Source: Leucoraja erinacea (lineage: Eukaryota). From it: a stretch of 64,000 nt of DNA. A program made the position numbers and the translations under genes. The stretch lies in NCBI RefSeq assembly GCF_028641065.1, contig NC_073389.1, positions 12,338,001 to 12,402,000 of the forward strand, read 5' to 3'. The notes beneath the pieces were generated by a model, which worked only from the letters and a program-made list of their open reading frames with translations, ran no database searches and had not been told where the DNA came from. Below are positions 13,301-25,700 of this stretch, one piece after another. Within the stretch, counting starts at the first letter, position 1, and the number at the start of each line of letters is the position of its first letter.

Positions 13301-13835
13301 ACCATTGCTATGTATTAGCAAGGGGCAAACATTGAGCCAGTTCCGAGAATTTGAACAATTTTTCAAATGTACATTTAATATCTATCCAATTTCAAACATT
13401 TACACCATAAATTTAGAGAAATTATCCATGAGTCATCAGCTATTAGTTGTACTCACCTCCACACAGTCAATTCCTTTGACTTTTACGTAACTGAATCTAG
13501 AGAGGTTTGTAGAATTATCAGCTGAAACTCAGGCTCACAATTCGCAATGTAAATAACTAAATAATTTGTTCCGCATTTGAAATAATTCCAAATTAAGATG
13601 GAAGTGTATTTTTCTCAGTAAATTACAGTTATGAGTCTATAAAGTACTTTATCGAAGAGAATTTTGCTCAATCTTAGATTAAATGTTTTAAGAAACTGGA
13701 TAATGTGCCTGTCACATCTCATGAAGTTTTTCTGTGGATAGGAAGCACCACCAGGTCTTTTCTCTTTTAGCTCTAAGTAATGGGACCATTCTTTTAGACT
13801 TTTCATTATCTTCAGTTCAATATTAATTCTCAATA
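10340..13835. repeat. Long inverted repeat (arms about 10340-10810 and 13410-13835) enclosing a Penelope insertion
   Basis: aagacctggtggtgcttcctatccacag...ggataatttctc at 10464-10802 is reverse-complemented at about 13415-13760. attgagaatgaatattgaactgaag (10344) is mirrored at about 13810-13834. Confidence 0.85.
11376..13273 (-). mobile_element. 5'-truncated Penelope-like retroelement (RT, GIY-YIG endonuclease, 3' pLTR)
   Basis: GVAMGTRMGPSYACLF, YLRYIDD, LPFLDL and NLIYCIRCSRCQLLYIGETKRRLGDRFAEH; frameshifted. Confidence 0.95.
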
Positions 13836-13912
13836 TATAAATAAACTGATGTTGGATCAGTTTAGAATTTATTGCTTGCTCCACAGAACTTTGCTAAAGT
13901 TTATGAACCAGA

Positions 13913-14460
13913 GATTGCCAGCATCTCCACTTCGATGTAAAGACCGAGCTGCCAAGACAAGCCTGAGGCCCTCTTCGTTATCAAGACCGAGTTGCTTAGG
14001 CAGCCAGTACCTCCTTTAAGCCCAAGAGTGAATGGCCGGGGCAACCCCGAGACTGCCAGTGTCTCCTCACCTGCCGACAGGCAACGAGGGACTGCGCCTG
14101 CACACAATGTGCAAAGAGTGAGCCGCCAGGATGAGCCAGGGGCTGCCAGCACTTCCTCTTTGAGACAAAGAATGAACCTCCAGGATAAACCTTAGATTGC
14201 AAGCATCTCCTTTTGGAGCCAAAGACTGAACCGCCAGGACCACCAGCGTCTCCTTCGAGACTGAGCTGTTGGAACAAGCCCGAGGACATCCTCTCGAGGC
14301 ATGAGTGAACTGCACTGACAAGCCAAAGATTGTCGTGCCCCCTCCTTCGAGCTCAGGACTGAGCCGCCTGGCCAAGCTCTAGACCACCAGTTCCATCTCC
14401 TTGAGGTCAAAACTAAGGTGCCAGGGCAAGCCCAAGATCGGCAGAGCCTCCTCACATACA
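13913..14460 (+). repeat. Degenerate tandem array, unit about 54 bp, about 11-12 units
   Basis: Recurring gaYtgccagcatctcc.cttcgag...aagactgagccgccaggacaagcc; several full units are exactly 54 nt. Confidence 0.75.
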
Positions 14461-15295
14461 CACCGGTGACAAGGGACTCCGCTCCAACACGGTCCCAGAC
14501 CTTCTCATCATTATTGTCCTTCACTATAAATAAACAATATCACGCGAGTTCACTCTACGGCGAGTGTCGATGCAGTCATTATCGATCCGGGATCATTCCT
14601 GATGCCACACTGTAAGGAATTATTTCTGCTCTTTTTTAAAGATTTTTACAACCCTGCATGATTGTAGTAACATTCCTATCTCCAAGTCAAAAATATGTGG
14701 GCTCAAAGTTCAGTTTCGAAAGTTTGAGCAAGGGACAAATGCAGAATTGTGTGTTTGAGCTAAATTGATATAAGTTCCCCAAAAAAACATCTGGAACTTT
14801 ATCAAATTGGAATATGCTGATTAAACCTCAGCAGGTTATTGTCTCATTTTGGACTGCAGATAGACACAAGATGCTGGAGTAACTCAGTGGGACAGGCGGC
14901 ATCTCTGGAGATAAAGAATGGGTGACGTTTCAAGTCAAGACCCTTCTTCAGGCTTTGGACACTACACTTTGGAAAGGACATGAAGACTTTGGAGGGCGCC
15001 GAGATGATTTACTAGAATGGTACCTGGATTATGAGATTTTGGTTATCTGAGAATTCTGATTGGCTAAGATTCTAAAGATGGTGAGTGAGATGTTTATATG
15101 GCGTTTAGATGGAGGAGAAGGGGTAAATTGTTTCCATTAGGGGGAGGAGAGGGGGCAATATTATGCCTTGGACACAGACTGAAAATAATTAGGCATATGG
15201 CGCGGGAGAGAATTTATTTTACTTACTGTTTTGATCTGGCATGCATTGGCTATAGGAAGGTGAAATGACAACTAATGAGGCAGAATTGGATTCCA

Positions 15296-15487
15296 ATTTA
15301 GAAATAACAAATTTTCAGGATTATGGGGAAGACCAAGGCAATGGGATGAATTAATCATTTTTCAGAGGATCGACACTTGCACAATCAATGGATTTAGAAA
15401 TAACAAATTTTCAGGATTATGGGGAAGACCAAGGCAATGGGATGAATTAATCATTTTTCAGAGGATCGACACTTGCACAATCAATGG
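15296..15487 (+). repeat. Perfect 96-bp tandem duplication inside an old CR1 3' remnant
   Basis: 15296-15391 is identical to 15392-15487. Confidence 0.93.
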
Positions 15488-15810
15488 AACAGCATCCTTC
15501 TCTAGTGGATGATTTTCAAATTCAAGCTGACAAATTGGTGGATGTTGAGCTGTCAAGAATGCTGTCCGTCTAATGTTGTCAAAGGACTGTTGCCCTCCCA
15601 GATCCCATCGAGCTGTTTGAAGCAGCACATGGGAGTCTCCTTGCCGTTATTTATCCCTCAACCATCTGTACTACAACAGATTATCTAAGTGGATTGATAA
15701 ACCCTGCTGTGTTAAATTGTTCCTGTGATTTGTGAATGTATTACAACAGTGAGTTTTTGAAATAGTACTTGTTTGGCAGTAAATTGCTTTGAATAACAAG
15801 ACAAAATAGT

Positions 15811-16499
15811 TTTAAGTTCCTGGGAATCATCATCTCCAAGGACCTTAAAAGGGGGGCCACCATCGACTCCACGGTCAAAAAGGTACAACAGAGGATGTAC
15901 TTCCTGCCGCAGCTGAGGAAGCACAATCTGCCACAGGCAATGATTGACCAATTCTATACGGCCATCGTAGAGTCTGTCCTCGCCTTCTCCATCATGGTCT
16001 GGATTGGCTCAGCCACCAAGCACAACATCCGGAGGCTGCAGCAAATCGTCCGATCAGCTGAGAAAGTTATTGTCTGCAACCTTCCCTCCATTGACGAACT
16101 GTACACTGCATGGGCCAGGAAGCATGCGGGTAAGATCATCTCTGACCCCTCTCACCCTGGCCACACACTCTTTGAATCACTTCCCTCGGGAAGGCGACTC
16201 TGGACTGTCAAAGCTGCCACAGCCAAACATAAGGACAGCTTTTTTCCACGAGTGGTAGCTCTACTCAATAACCGGAAATCTGTTGCCTCCTTTTGCTCCG
16301 ATATTTTATGTAATTCACATGTTTAATCAATAATGTTTTATTATTAATGTTTAATGTTTTATGTGTCATTCCTAACTGTCACTGTATGTCATGTTGTCAC
16401 TTGCGGGCGGAGCACCAAGGCAAATTCCTTGTATGTGAATACTTGGCCAATAAACTTATTCAATTCATTCAGTCATACATTCATACATTCATTCATTCA
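15811..16499 (+). mobile_element. Rex1/Babar 3' fragment (second subfamily)
   Basis: FKFLG, QRMYFL.QLRK and FYTAIVESVL motifs; AATAAA and (ATTC)n tail. Confidence 0.88.
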
Positions 16500-17060
16500 A
16501 ATATAAATGTAAATATTTCTTTGTGGGATCAATGCTGATGGACGGATAATAAACAAGATTGGCACTTCATATGCAATATTGATCCGCAAAAAAATTATTT
16601 GAAGATCTTTTGTAAGAAACTCTGTGCTGCATTGCACTTTTTCTTAAAATGGAAAGGTATCAGACCAAAGTCCAGATATGTGCAAAACCCCTTATGTGTT
16701 CCCACAGTCCTAAAGTGGTCTTATTATTAAACCAAAACTTCACAGCTTGCATAGAAAAGCACATTGTTAGGTACTTTTTAAATCCTTAAATCAAGAAGAA
16801 AATAAAATCGCCAAGTTTTTACAACACTGTTAATGGAGTTCCTTAGTTACTATTAAACAAGAAGTATTATTCTCAACCCGAAACATCACCCATTCCTTCT
16901 TTCCAGAGATGATGCCTGTCCCACGGAGTTACTCCAGCATTTTGTGTCTATCTTTGGTTTAAACCAGAATCTGCAGTTACTTCCTACACAAGTATTATTT
17001 CCTTCTGTATTTGTGAGGACCTTAATGTACCATTAGATTTGATTCCCATTCCATTGCAAA

Positions 17061-17079
17061 GGTTGCCATCTACTGGCAG
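17061..17079 (-). promoter_or_regulatory. Candidate CTCF site
   Basis: ctgCCAGTAGATGGCAacc fits the CCASYAGRKGGCR core and lies in unique DNA. Confidence 0.5.
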
Positions 17080-18325
17080 ATTCAGATACAATTACAACAA
17101 AGCAGTGACTGAACTAATGCAGTGGAGCCTGTTTACATGGCACAGGTAAAGGTCAGAATTACAGACGAACTATATATTTTGGCCTAGATTTATTATGAGA
17201 GGGCAATGCTTAAGTGGTTAAGACTGTCACAGAGCCAAACAGTGTGTTCTTAAGCAATGGAATGGTAGTCGCAACCCTTACGCACAACTTTTCTCTGGAA
17301 GCCTTTACCACTTGGTATGCCTTACCTTCAGCATTGCCAATTCATAAGGCTCACAGAAGCATTAAACATGATGGCAATTGATGTAGCTGACAGTCAAAAA
17401 TAAAGCAAGATCGGCTTTTAAGTAAACAAAATGTGAATAATTAAAAAAGATTTAACATCCAATTTTTCATTTTCTTCGCTAGAGTACTCCAAATCTCATT
17501 CTAATGGATGTGCTGATGGAGCCATTTATCACACACCACAGGGAGCAGAGGGGGTGGGGTATAAGCAAATGTCTGCTCCTCCACTGGACCAAACGTTAAA
17601 TCTATCATTAGGTGCAACTGGGAAAATTTCCAGAAATAGGTCTGAGTATTTTGCTTTTGTGCAAGAAACTGACTTGTCCTGACCTTGTGATGTGCAGGCA
17701 TTTCACGTGGAACTGTTGGCAAACCCAGTAGAAGCCAGACAAATATGATTTAACAGTGCAACTTTTATCAACGTAGAAATCAGCCAAGAACATATTGTGA
17801 GGAATTGTGATTCGTCACAGGATGCAAGTCTGTCCTTTATGCCCAAATCATCAGTGGTTTTTGAAGATTTTTGGCGTCCGCACATTAACTGTCTATTAAA
17901 CTTACCATCAAAAGTTGTGTTAGAAAAGGGTCATATTTGATTTAACTGTAATGATACAGTAATTGTTAATTACTGCCTATCAGATTCTTTCCTACAAAGT
18001 GAACATCAGGCCTTCAGGTTGTGAATTATTTCAGATAATGCAATAAATACAATTTAAAAATACACATTTCTCCTTTTAGCTATTTTTCCAAATTTAAATT
18101 GGCATTGAGTTCACTGAGATAATTTCATTCCCTTTTTCAATCCTTATAGAGCTTATTATTTATTATTTAAGTTTCAGTAAGGATTGATGCATAATGCACT
18201 GATTAAGTTCCCTGATGCCAATGTTCCTCACTCCAATGCCAGCATGCTGCTGAGGCATTCTGTACCCTAATACTTTTAAAACATAAATGTGCATAAATAT
18301 GCCCAACAAGGAATATTTGGATGCC

Positions 18326-18758
18326 ATAACCATATAACCATATAACAATTACAGCACGGAAACAGGCCATCTCGACCCTTCTAGTCCGGCCGAACACATA
18401 ATCTCCCCTAGTCCCATATACCTGCGCTCAGACCATAACCCTCCATTCCCTTCCCATCCATATAACTATCCAATTTATTTTTAAATGATAAAAACGAACC
18501 TGCCTCCACCACCTTCACTGGAAGCTCATTCCACACAGCTACCACTCTCTGAGTAAAGAAGTTCCCCCTCATGTTACCCCTAAACTTGTCCCTTAATTCT
18601 CATGTCATGTCCCCTTGTTTGAATCTTCCCTACTCTCAGTGGGAAAAGCTTTTCCACGTCAACTCTGTCTATCCCTCTCATCATTTTAAAAACCTCTATC
18701 AAGTCCCCCCTTAACCTTCTGCGCTCCAAAGAATAAAGCCCTAACTTGTTCAACCTTT
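18326..18758 (-). mobile_element. CR1 3' fragment (distinct subfamily)
   Basis: ERLNKLGLYSLERRRLRGDLIEVFK; (TTATATGG)n tail. Confidence 0.9.
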
Positions 18759-18954
18759 CAAACCTAAATAAAAAATAGCTTCTATTATCATTGACTTCTA
18801 AAAGATCCAATTGCTGATGGTTAAATTACAGAATGATAGCTCCATATCCAATGTTCAACTTAAATGTCTTCTTTCATCACAAAATGTTAAGCTTTTAATA
18901 ACACGTTTCCCCTGAAACTGTGCTATTTAGAGAGTAACACACAACTTACATTAT

Positions 18955-21320
18955 TTGTGTAGGAAGGAGCTGCAGATGCTGGTTTAAAGTGAAGATAGAC
19001 ACAAAAAGCTGGAGTAACTCAGCGGGACCGGCAGCATCTCTGGAGAGACGGAATGGGTGACGTTTCGGGTCGACACCCCAGACTGGTTAGGGATAAGGAA
19101 AACGAAAAATTTAGATGATGATGTAGAGATATAAAGAACAATGAATGAAAGATATGCAAAAAAGTAACGATGATAAAGGAAACAGGCCCCAGGTGGTCAA
19201 GATGGGGAGACATACATCTAACCCCCTCAACCTGAACACAGGATCCCCCCAGGTTTGCTTCATTAGCTCCCTACTGTACTACCTGTACACACATGACTGT
19301 GTGGCCAGGTTCAGCTCCAACTCCATCATCATGTTTGCTGATGACACTGTGGTGGTGGGCCCGATCTCCGATAACGATGAGAAGGCCTATCGGGAGGAGG
19401 TGGCTGATCTGGCACTCTGGTGTCAGAACACCAGCCTCCTCTTGAATGTCACAAAAACTAAGGAGCTGATTGTGAACTTTAGAAGGGCATAACATCCGAG
19501 GACGTACACGCCACTGGAGATAAATGGGACTACTGTGGATAGGGTGAGTTGCTTTAATCAAAGGATCTGACATGGACAACACACACACACTGATGAATAA
19601 GGCAAGGCAGCGCCTTTACCACCTCAGGCAGCTGAGGAAATTCAGAGTCTCTCTGAGGATCCTTCAGTGCTTCTACTCTGGAGCTGTAGAAAGCATCTTG
19701 TCCGGCAACATCACAAACTGGTTTGGGAACTGCTCTGCCCAGGACAGGAAGGCTCTGCAGAGTAGTGCGCTCGGCCGAACGCACTATGGGAACTACACTC
19801 GCCTCCCTGCAGGACCTATACACCAGGAGGTGCATATCCAGAGCCAGCAACATTATGGGGGACCCCTACCACCCCAGCAACGGACTGTTCCAGCTGCTAG
19901 GTCAGGCAAACGCCTCCGCTGTCATGCTGTGAAAACAGAGAAGATTAGACGGAATTTCTTCCCACAGGCCATCAGGACTGTAAACTCTTATCTCACCAGG
20001 GACTAATTTACTGTACTAATTTACTGTTGTATTATGTCTTTTGTAAAAAAATATTTTCTAACATGTAAATACTGATTCTGTTCTATTCTGTTCTGTAGTT
20101 TTGCACAATCCGCAGGCATTGCCACTTTCATTTCACTGCACATCTTGTATGTGTATGTGACAAATAAAATTGACGTTGGTGCGGCTTGGGTGGGGGCGGG
20201 ATAGAGAGAGGGAATGCCAGGGTTACTTGAAGTTAGAGAAATCAATAGCTGCCCAAGCAAAATATAAGATCCTGTTCCTCCAATTTACATTTAGCCTCAC
20301 TCTGACAATGGAGGAAACCCAGGAATTAAAGGTCTGTGTGGGAATGGGAAGGAGAATTAAAGTGTTTAGCAACCGGGAGGTCAGGTAGGTTCAGGCGGAC
20401 TGAACGAAGGAGTTCAGTGAAACGATCGCCCAGTGTACGTTTGGCATCGCTGATGTATAAGAGCCCACATCTTGAACAACGGATTCAATAGATGAGGTTG
20501 GAGGAGGTGTAAGTGAACCTCTACCTAACTTGAAAGGACAGTCGGGGTCCCTGGACAGTCGAAGGAGGAGGTATAAGGACAGGTGTTGCATCTTCTGAGT
20601 TTGCTGGGGAAAGTACTTGGGAAGGGGGTGGTTTGGGATGACTTAACCAGGGAGTTGCGGAGGGAATGGTCTCTGTGGAAGGTGGAAAGGGGTGGAGATG
20701 GGAAGATGTGGCTAGTAGTGGGATCCTCTTGGAGGCAGCAAAAATTTCGTTAAAATTTGTGTAGTATGCGACGGCTAATGGGGTGAAAGGTAAGGACTCG
20801 GGGGAGGGGAGCAAAGACGGAGCTGCGGGGTTCCGAGGAGACAGGAGTGAGGGCCTCATCTAGGGGGAGATGGGATCCCACATTCCCTAAAGAATTAGGA
20901 CATCTTGGATGTCTTGGTATGGAACACCTCATCTTGGTCACAGATGTGGCGTAGACAGAGGAATTGGGCGTAGGGGACAGAGTCTTTGCAGGAAGCAGGG
21001 TGGGAAGAAGTGTAGTCAAGATAGTTGTGGGAGTCAGAGGTTTTGTAATAGACATCAGTAAATAGTCTATTTCCTGTGTTGCAGACTGTGAGATCAAGAA
21101 AGGTTAGGGAGGTGTCAGAGATGGTACAAGTAAATTTGAGTGCAGGATGGAAATTGGTTGTGAAGTTAAAGTCCATGAGTTCTGCATGGATGCAGGAGGT
21201 AGCACCGATGCAGTCGTCAATGTAACGGAGATTGAGTTTGTGGATAGGGCCAGTGTACACTTGGAACAGGGATTGTTCAACGTATCAAACAAAGAAGCAG
21301 GCATAGTTGGGGCCCGTGCG
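18955..21320 (-). mobile_element. Older Penelope-like element interrupted by Rex1
   Basis: LRYIDDCIG, LTFLDL and YYKTSDSHNYL at 20895-21260; GIY-YIG remnant at about 20400-20520; 3' pLTR at 18955-19187. Confidence 0.88.
19188..20174 (+). mobile_element. Rex1/Babar 5'-truncated copy nested in Penelope
   Basis: [16 protein letters not shown] and [15 protein letters not shown]; ends gtgacaaataaaattgac. Confidence 0.92.
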
Positions 21321-21479
21321 GATATAACATTCTGGTCTCATTCCTTGTTACCCACTGCTCACACTTAAGACAAAACCTATCTTGCATCATCAACTAATTT
21401 CCTGCAACAAAGACCAATATCCCAGAGCACCTTTTCTGCTGGATGGTGTGCAGATGCTTCATGGATGCCACAGGAACCA

Positions 21480-22020
21480 TGTGGGAAGAGACATAGAAAG
21501 GCTCATCGCCTGTAAAAATATCCAGCTTTGGATGCTAATACTTAGCTTTCACTGAGCAGCAAAGTCTATGAAGCCTAGAGTTCTCCAAGACTGTCCTACT
21601 TGTGTCTCTGACCTCCTGCAACCTCATATTCAGGCTCACACATGTCCTTGAGTAACATTGCTCATGGAGGTTGAAGTCATGATCAGTTTTAACTTCATAG
21701 CTTCAGAACAAGTCCAGGCTGCTGCTGCAGTTCTGTCATATCAGTTTGCTGCACATTTCTGTATTAGGGAGGTCATCTAAGCTCCATACTTCATCTACTT
21801 TTCCTTTACCCAAACGAATAGGGCAAATAATTTGCAAGCATTGCCAACTTAGACTGGTCTCATGTGGTATATTTTTCTGAAAACAGTTCTCTCTGATAAT
21901 CTTCTGCCAGAAATGATGCCATGTAGACAAAGTACATGGAGGGTCCATGCCGCCACTTTGCACAAAAAAACGTGCCACCTGCAAGTACTACTCTGCCAGC
22001 CTGTCTAGATTCCCCTGTGT
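21480..22020 (+). pseudogene. Fossil PIF/Harbinger (HARBI1-like) transposase
   Basis: Hand translation across stops and frameshifts gives YLAFTEQQSL*SLEFSK, DLLQPHIQ, LLMEVEVMISFNFIASEQVQAAAA, QFAAHFCIREVI*APY and DWSHV (compare IDCTHV). Confidence 0.65.
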
Positions 22021-23399
22021 CCTTGGGAACACTCCCTAGCTTTTTCCATCATTGCAGTTTCCATTCTTGAGACTGCACTACTCCACTGGGCGAGTGCAGT
22101 TGGTTGCCTTTGAGAACCGGCTGCTGAGGTTGCAATTGCCAGGCAATTAGTCAATAACATGGACGTGGGCAAGAAGTTACATAGTGCACTGTTACCCAAG
22201 AGAATCTGACAGCCAAAGATCAAAATGTTTATGGGACTTTAAAAATAGTGAGGATGATGCACAAGATTGTTTTGACATTATTGAAAGGCAGGACAGAAAA
22301 CTAAATATTTAACTCAGTTTCTGTCTCCATGGGGGATATTCGATTTGGTGATTATATTCAGCATTTGTATATTTAGCACATCCACAATATTTCATCTTTG
22401 CTTTTTGCAACGATACAATTGAGGTTTTGATGACCAATTATTTACTTCTCATTAAAAAAGGGCAATTTGCAATTACATATAAAAACGTTCATTACCACAG
22501 GGTAGCCCAGGTCTCTTGCAAACACATTTTGGAAATGTAATTACTGTTATAATATGGGAATTGTAGAATTTGCATGAGTGGGTTAACAAATAGGTTATCA
22601 ATCTTAAATTCTCTTCTTCTATTCTCCTTGCGCGTCATTTTCCAACATCTGTCTTGTGGCTTCAAACTTTCATCTCTGAACCTCACCAATTCCACTCTGA
22701 CAAAGTGAGCGTTGACCATGCTATCAATGTTCTATTCTGTGTTGGAGCAACATGCTGTAGACTTTCTAGAAAGTAGAATTTATTGCTGTTTATCCATTGA
22801 TGATGACCTCCAGTTGATTTTGTGGAAATGAGAAACAAGCTCAAAAGCCAGGAATGGTTTTAGTGCTTCAAACAAGCACTGGCAATGAGACGACTGCAAA
22901 TTGTAGGATGGCGTGTTCTGTTTGAATGTGTTACATATTGATTTGGCAGAGGCTTATCAAATTTCATAAAGCAGCCACATTTTAATATTTGTTGGTAGTA
23001 AGTTAAATATTGTCATCGAGAGCAGACCCAACCAGGATGACCAGCTGACTACCTGGCACTCACTGGCACACGGAACGCTCTGATTTAGGTAGAAAATGAA
23101 AGACCCATGGGATAGTTGCTGTATATCAATGAACCGTAGTCACATTTCTTGAAGATTGTTTCTGTATATCGATTGTAGCTGCATATCTGTTGATCCTTGG
23201 TAGATTCCTTCAAGAAATGCACAAGGGCATCCTGCAGTTGAAATAACAGTATCTCTAATGCAAACAAGATAACAGAGGCTCTGGTTATAATGTTCACATG
23301 TGTTAGAAGAAAAGCATACTTACATGTACAGAAATGAATAAGATAGTACATTTAAACACCAGTATACATTTTAAAAATCTTTTATTTACGTGCCCTTGA

Positions 23400-24300
23400 G
23401 AGATACTTTCCACAGGCGCTCTTGAAATGAAGACGTGATATTCCTAGTAGAATTCTTCTTGGATCTCAGGTTTACAGCATAGAAGGAGATTATTTGTCCC
23501 ATCGTGCTCACTACATCCTTCTACTAGACCAAACCTAGTTTCGACTACCAGCCCCATCTCTGAAGCCTTGTAATTTTTTCTCCCAATATTGATTTTCTCT
23601 TTGAAGGACACAATGGAACCTACTCCCCACCACATCCCGAGCTTTTGAGATTCTAACCATATGCTGTGTAATTACATTGCCCTCTTTATTTTATACCTGT
23701 TACATCTAATCCTCCAGTCAGAGGAAGACACCTTGACCATCCAATCTGTTAAGACTCTTCATCATTTTACATATCTCTATCAAATCTTGCTTCAACTTCT
23801 CATCTCCAAAGAAAACAATGCCAGCCAGTCTTTTCATGGAACTGGTCCTCATTTCGAGAACCATTTTCACACATCGTCATGCCTTCATGTACCCCTTATG
23901 TTGCAATAGAGCAAATTGAGCTTGTACAATTGTTTATATTGATAAAGCCAAGAATCGTCTAGGTGCTATTAACCACTCTCTCAACCGACCATGCCGCTTT
24001 TATTACTTCGGTATACATTCTTCATGTCCCTCCTCTCCTGCACTCCATTTAGAAGTATCCTTCACTCTATTTTGTTCTCCTCAATCTTACAACAGAAATA
24101 ATCACCTCACATTTCCCAGATTCAACTGGATTTGCCAGGCATCTGCCCATTCTACCAGCCTATTACCACTATCTACTCATTAAAAAAAAATGTCACAATG
24201 TGTTTTTGTCTATTGCCTGTTACTCAACAAACTTTGTATGCATACTATCAACCTTTAGTGCCATTTGGCTGATAAAGCTTTATCAAAAGCTTTCTGAAAG
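23400..24300 (-). mobile_element. Very old CR1 remnants
   Basis: Degenerate CR1 3' and RT motifs such as tatcaaaagctttctgaaagtc (= DFQKAFD). Confidence 0.55.
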
Positions 24301-24359
24301 TCTATATACATATGTATGACTACATAACTCTATCGATGACCTTATCAAATAGGTACATA

Positions 24360-25700
24360 AACAATAGGTGCAGAAGTAGGCAAATTCGGCCCTTCGAGCC
24401 AGCACCGCCATTCAATGTGATGATGGTTGATCATCCACTTTCCTTCCTTCTCCCCATACCCCTTTATTCCGCTAGCCTTAAGAGCTCTATCTAACTCTCT
24501 TCTGAATACATCCAGTAAACCACTGCCTTCTGAGGCAGAGAATTCCACAAATTTACAACTCTCTGTGTGAAAAAGTTTTTCCTCATCTCAGTTCTAAATG
24601 GCCTACCCCTTATTCTTAAACTGTGTCCCCTGGTTCTGGACTCCCCCAACATCGGGAACATGTTTCCTGCATCTAGCGTGTCCAATCCCTTAATAATTTG
24701 ATATGTTTCTACAAGATTTCCTTTCATCCTTCTAAATTCCAGTGAGTACAAGCCCAGTCGCTCTATTCTTTCATCATATCACAGTCCCGCCATCCCGGGA
24801 ATTAACCTTTTGAACCTACGCTGCACTCCCTCAATAGCACGAATGTCCTTCCTCAAATTAGGAGACCAAAACTGCACACAATACTCCAGATGTGGTCTCA
24901 CCAGAGCCCTGTACAACTGCAGAAGGACCTCTTTGCTCCAACACTCAACTTGTTGCATGCTAATTTTAACTCCTGATGCAACTTGCACCGTATCTCTATG
25001 CTACTGTTTGGGGGACCATAGACAACTCCTATCAGGGTCTTTTTGCCCGTACAATTTCTCAGTTCTATCCACAATGACTCTACATCTTCTGATTCTATGT
25101 CACCCCTCGCAAGGGACTGAATTTCATTCCTTACCAACAGAGCCACCCCGCCCCCTCTACCCACCAGTCTGTCTTTTCGATAGGACATATAGTCCTGAAT
25201 ATTCAGTTCCCAGCTCCGATCCTCTTGCAGCCATGTCTCTGTAATTCCCACAACATCATACTTAACAATTTCTATCTGAGCCTCAAGCTCATCCACTTTA
25301 TTTCTTATTCTTCACGCATTCACATCTAACACTTAATTCGGTATTCATCTCCCCTCTCACACCAGTTCCTATTTCACCTGACCTTACTCTCTTATCCCTT
25401 CTTGAACTTTCCATCACATTAATTCGGGTGTCCTTTGTAACTTTTCCTGTACTCTCTTCCCCTTTAACTCCATCCTTATACTCCCAATTTGTCAACTCCT
25501 TCCCCCCCCCCCCCCCCCCCTCCCGCCCCCCTATTTAGTTTAAACCCACCTGTGTAACACGAGCAAACCTGCCTGCCAGAATGTTGTTCCCCCTCCAGTT
25601 AACATGTAACCCGTCCCTTTTGTACGGGTCACCCCTACCCCAGAAGAGACTCCAGTGGTCTATAAATATAAATCCCTGCTCCCTGCACCAGCCCCTCAAA
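24360..25700 (-). mobile_element. CR1 with a large internal deletion (ORF1 esterase end and EN start fused to the RT C-terminus)
   Basis: FIDHWSLFWGRGDPYKRDGLHVNWRG (ORF1), then YDVVGITETWLQ (EN), then directly SKEVLLQLYRALVRPHLEYC and the 3' tail. Confidence 0.88.

Noticed and set aside
13913-14460. CRISPR-like array
   Set aside because: Degenerate tandem units without unique spacers, no cas genes, and a vertebrate context.
17620-17710. NF-kB-like and E-box motifs
   Set aside because: Imperfect short motifs expected by chance.
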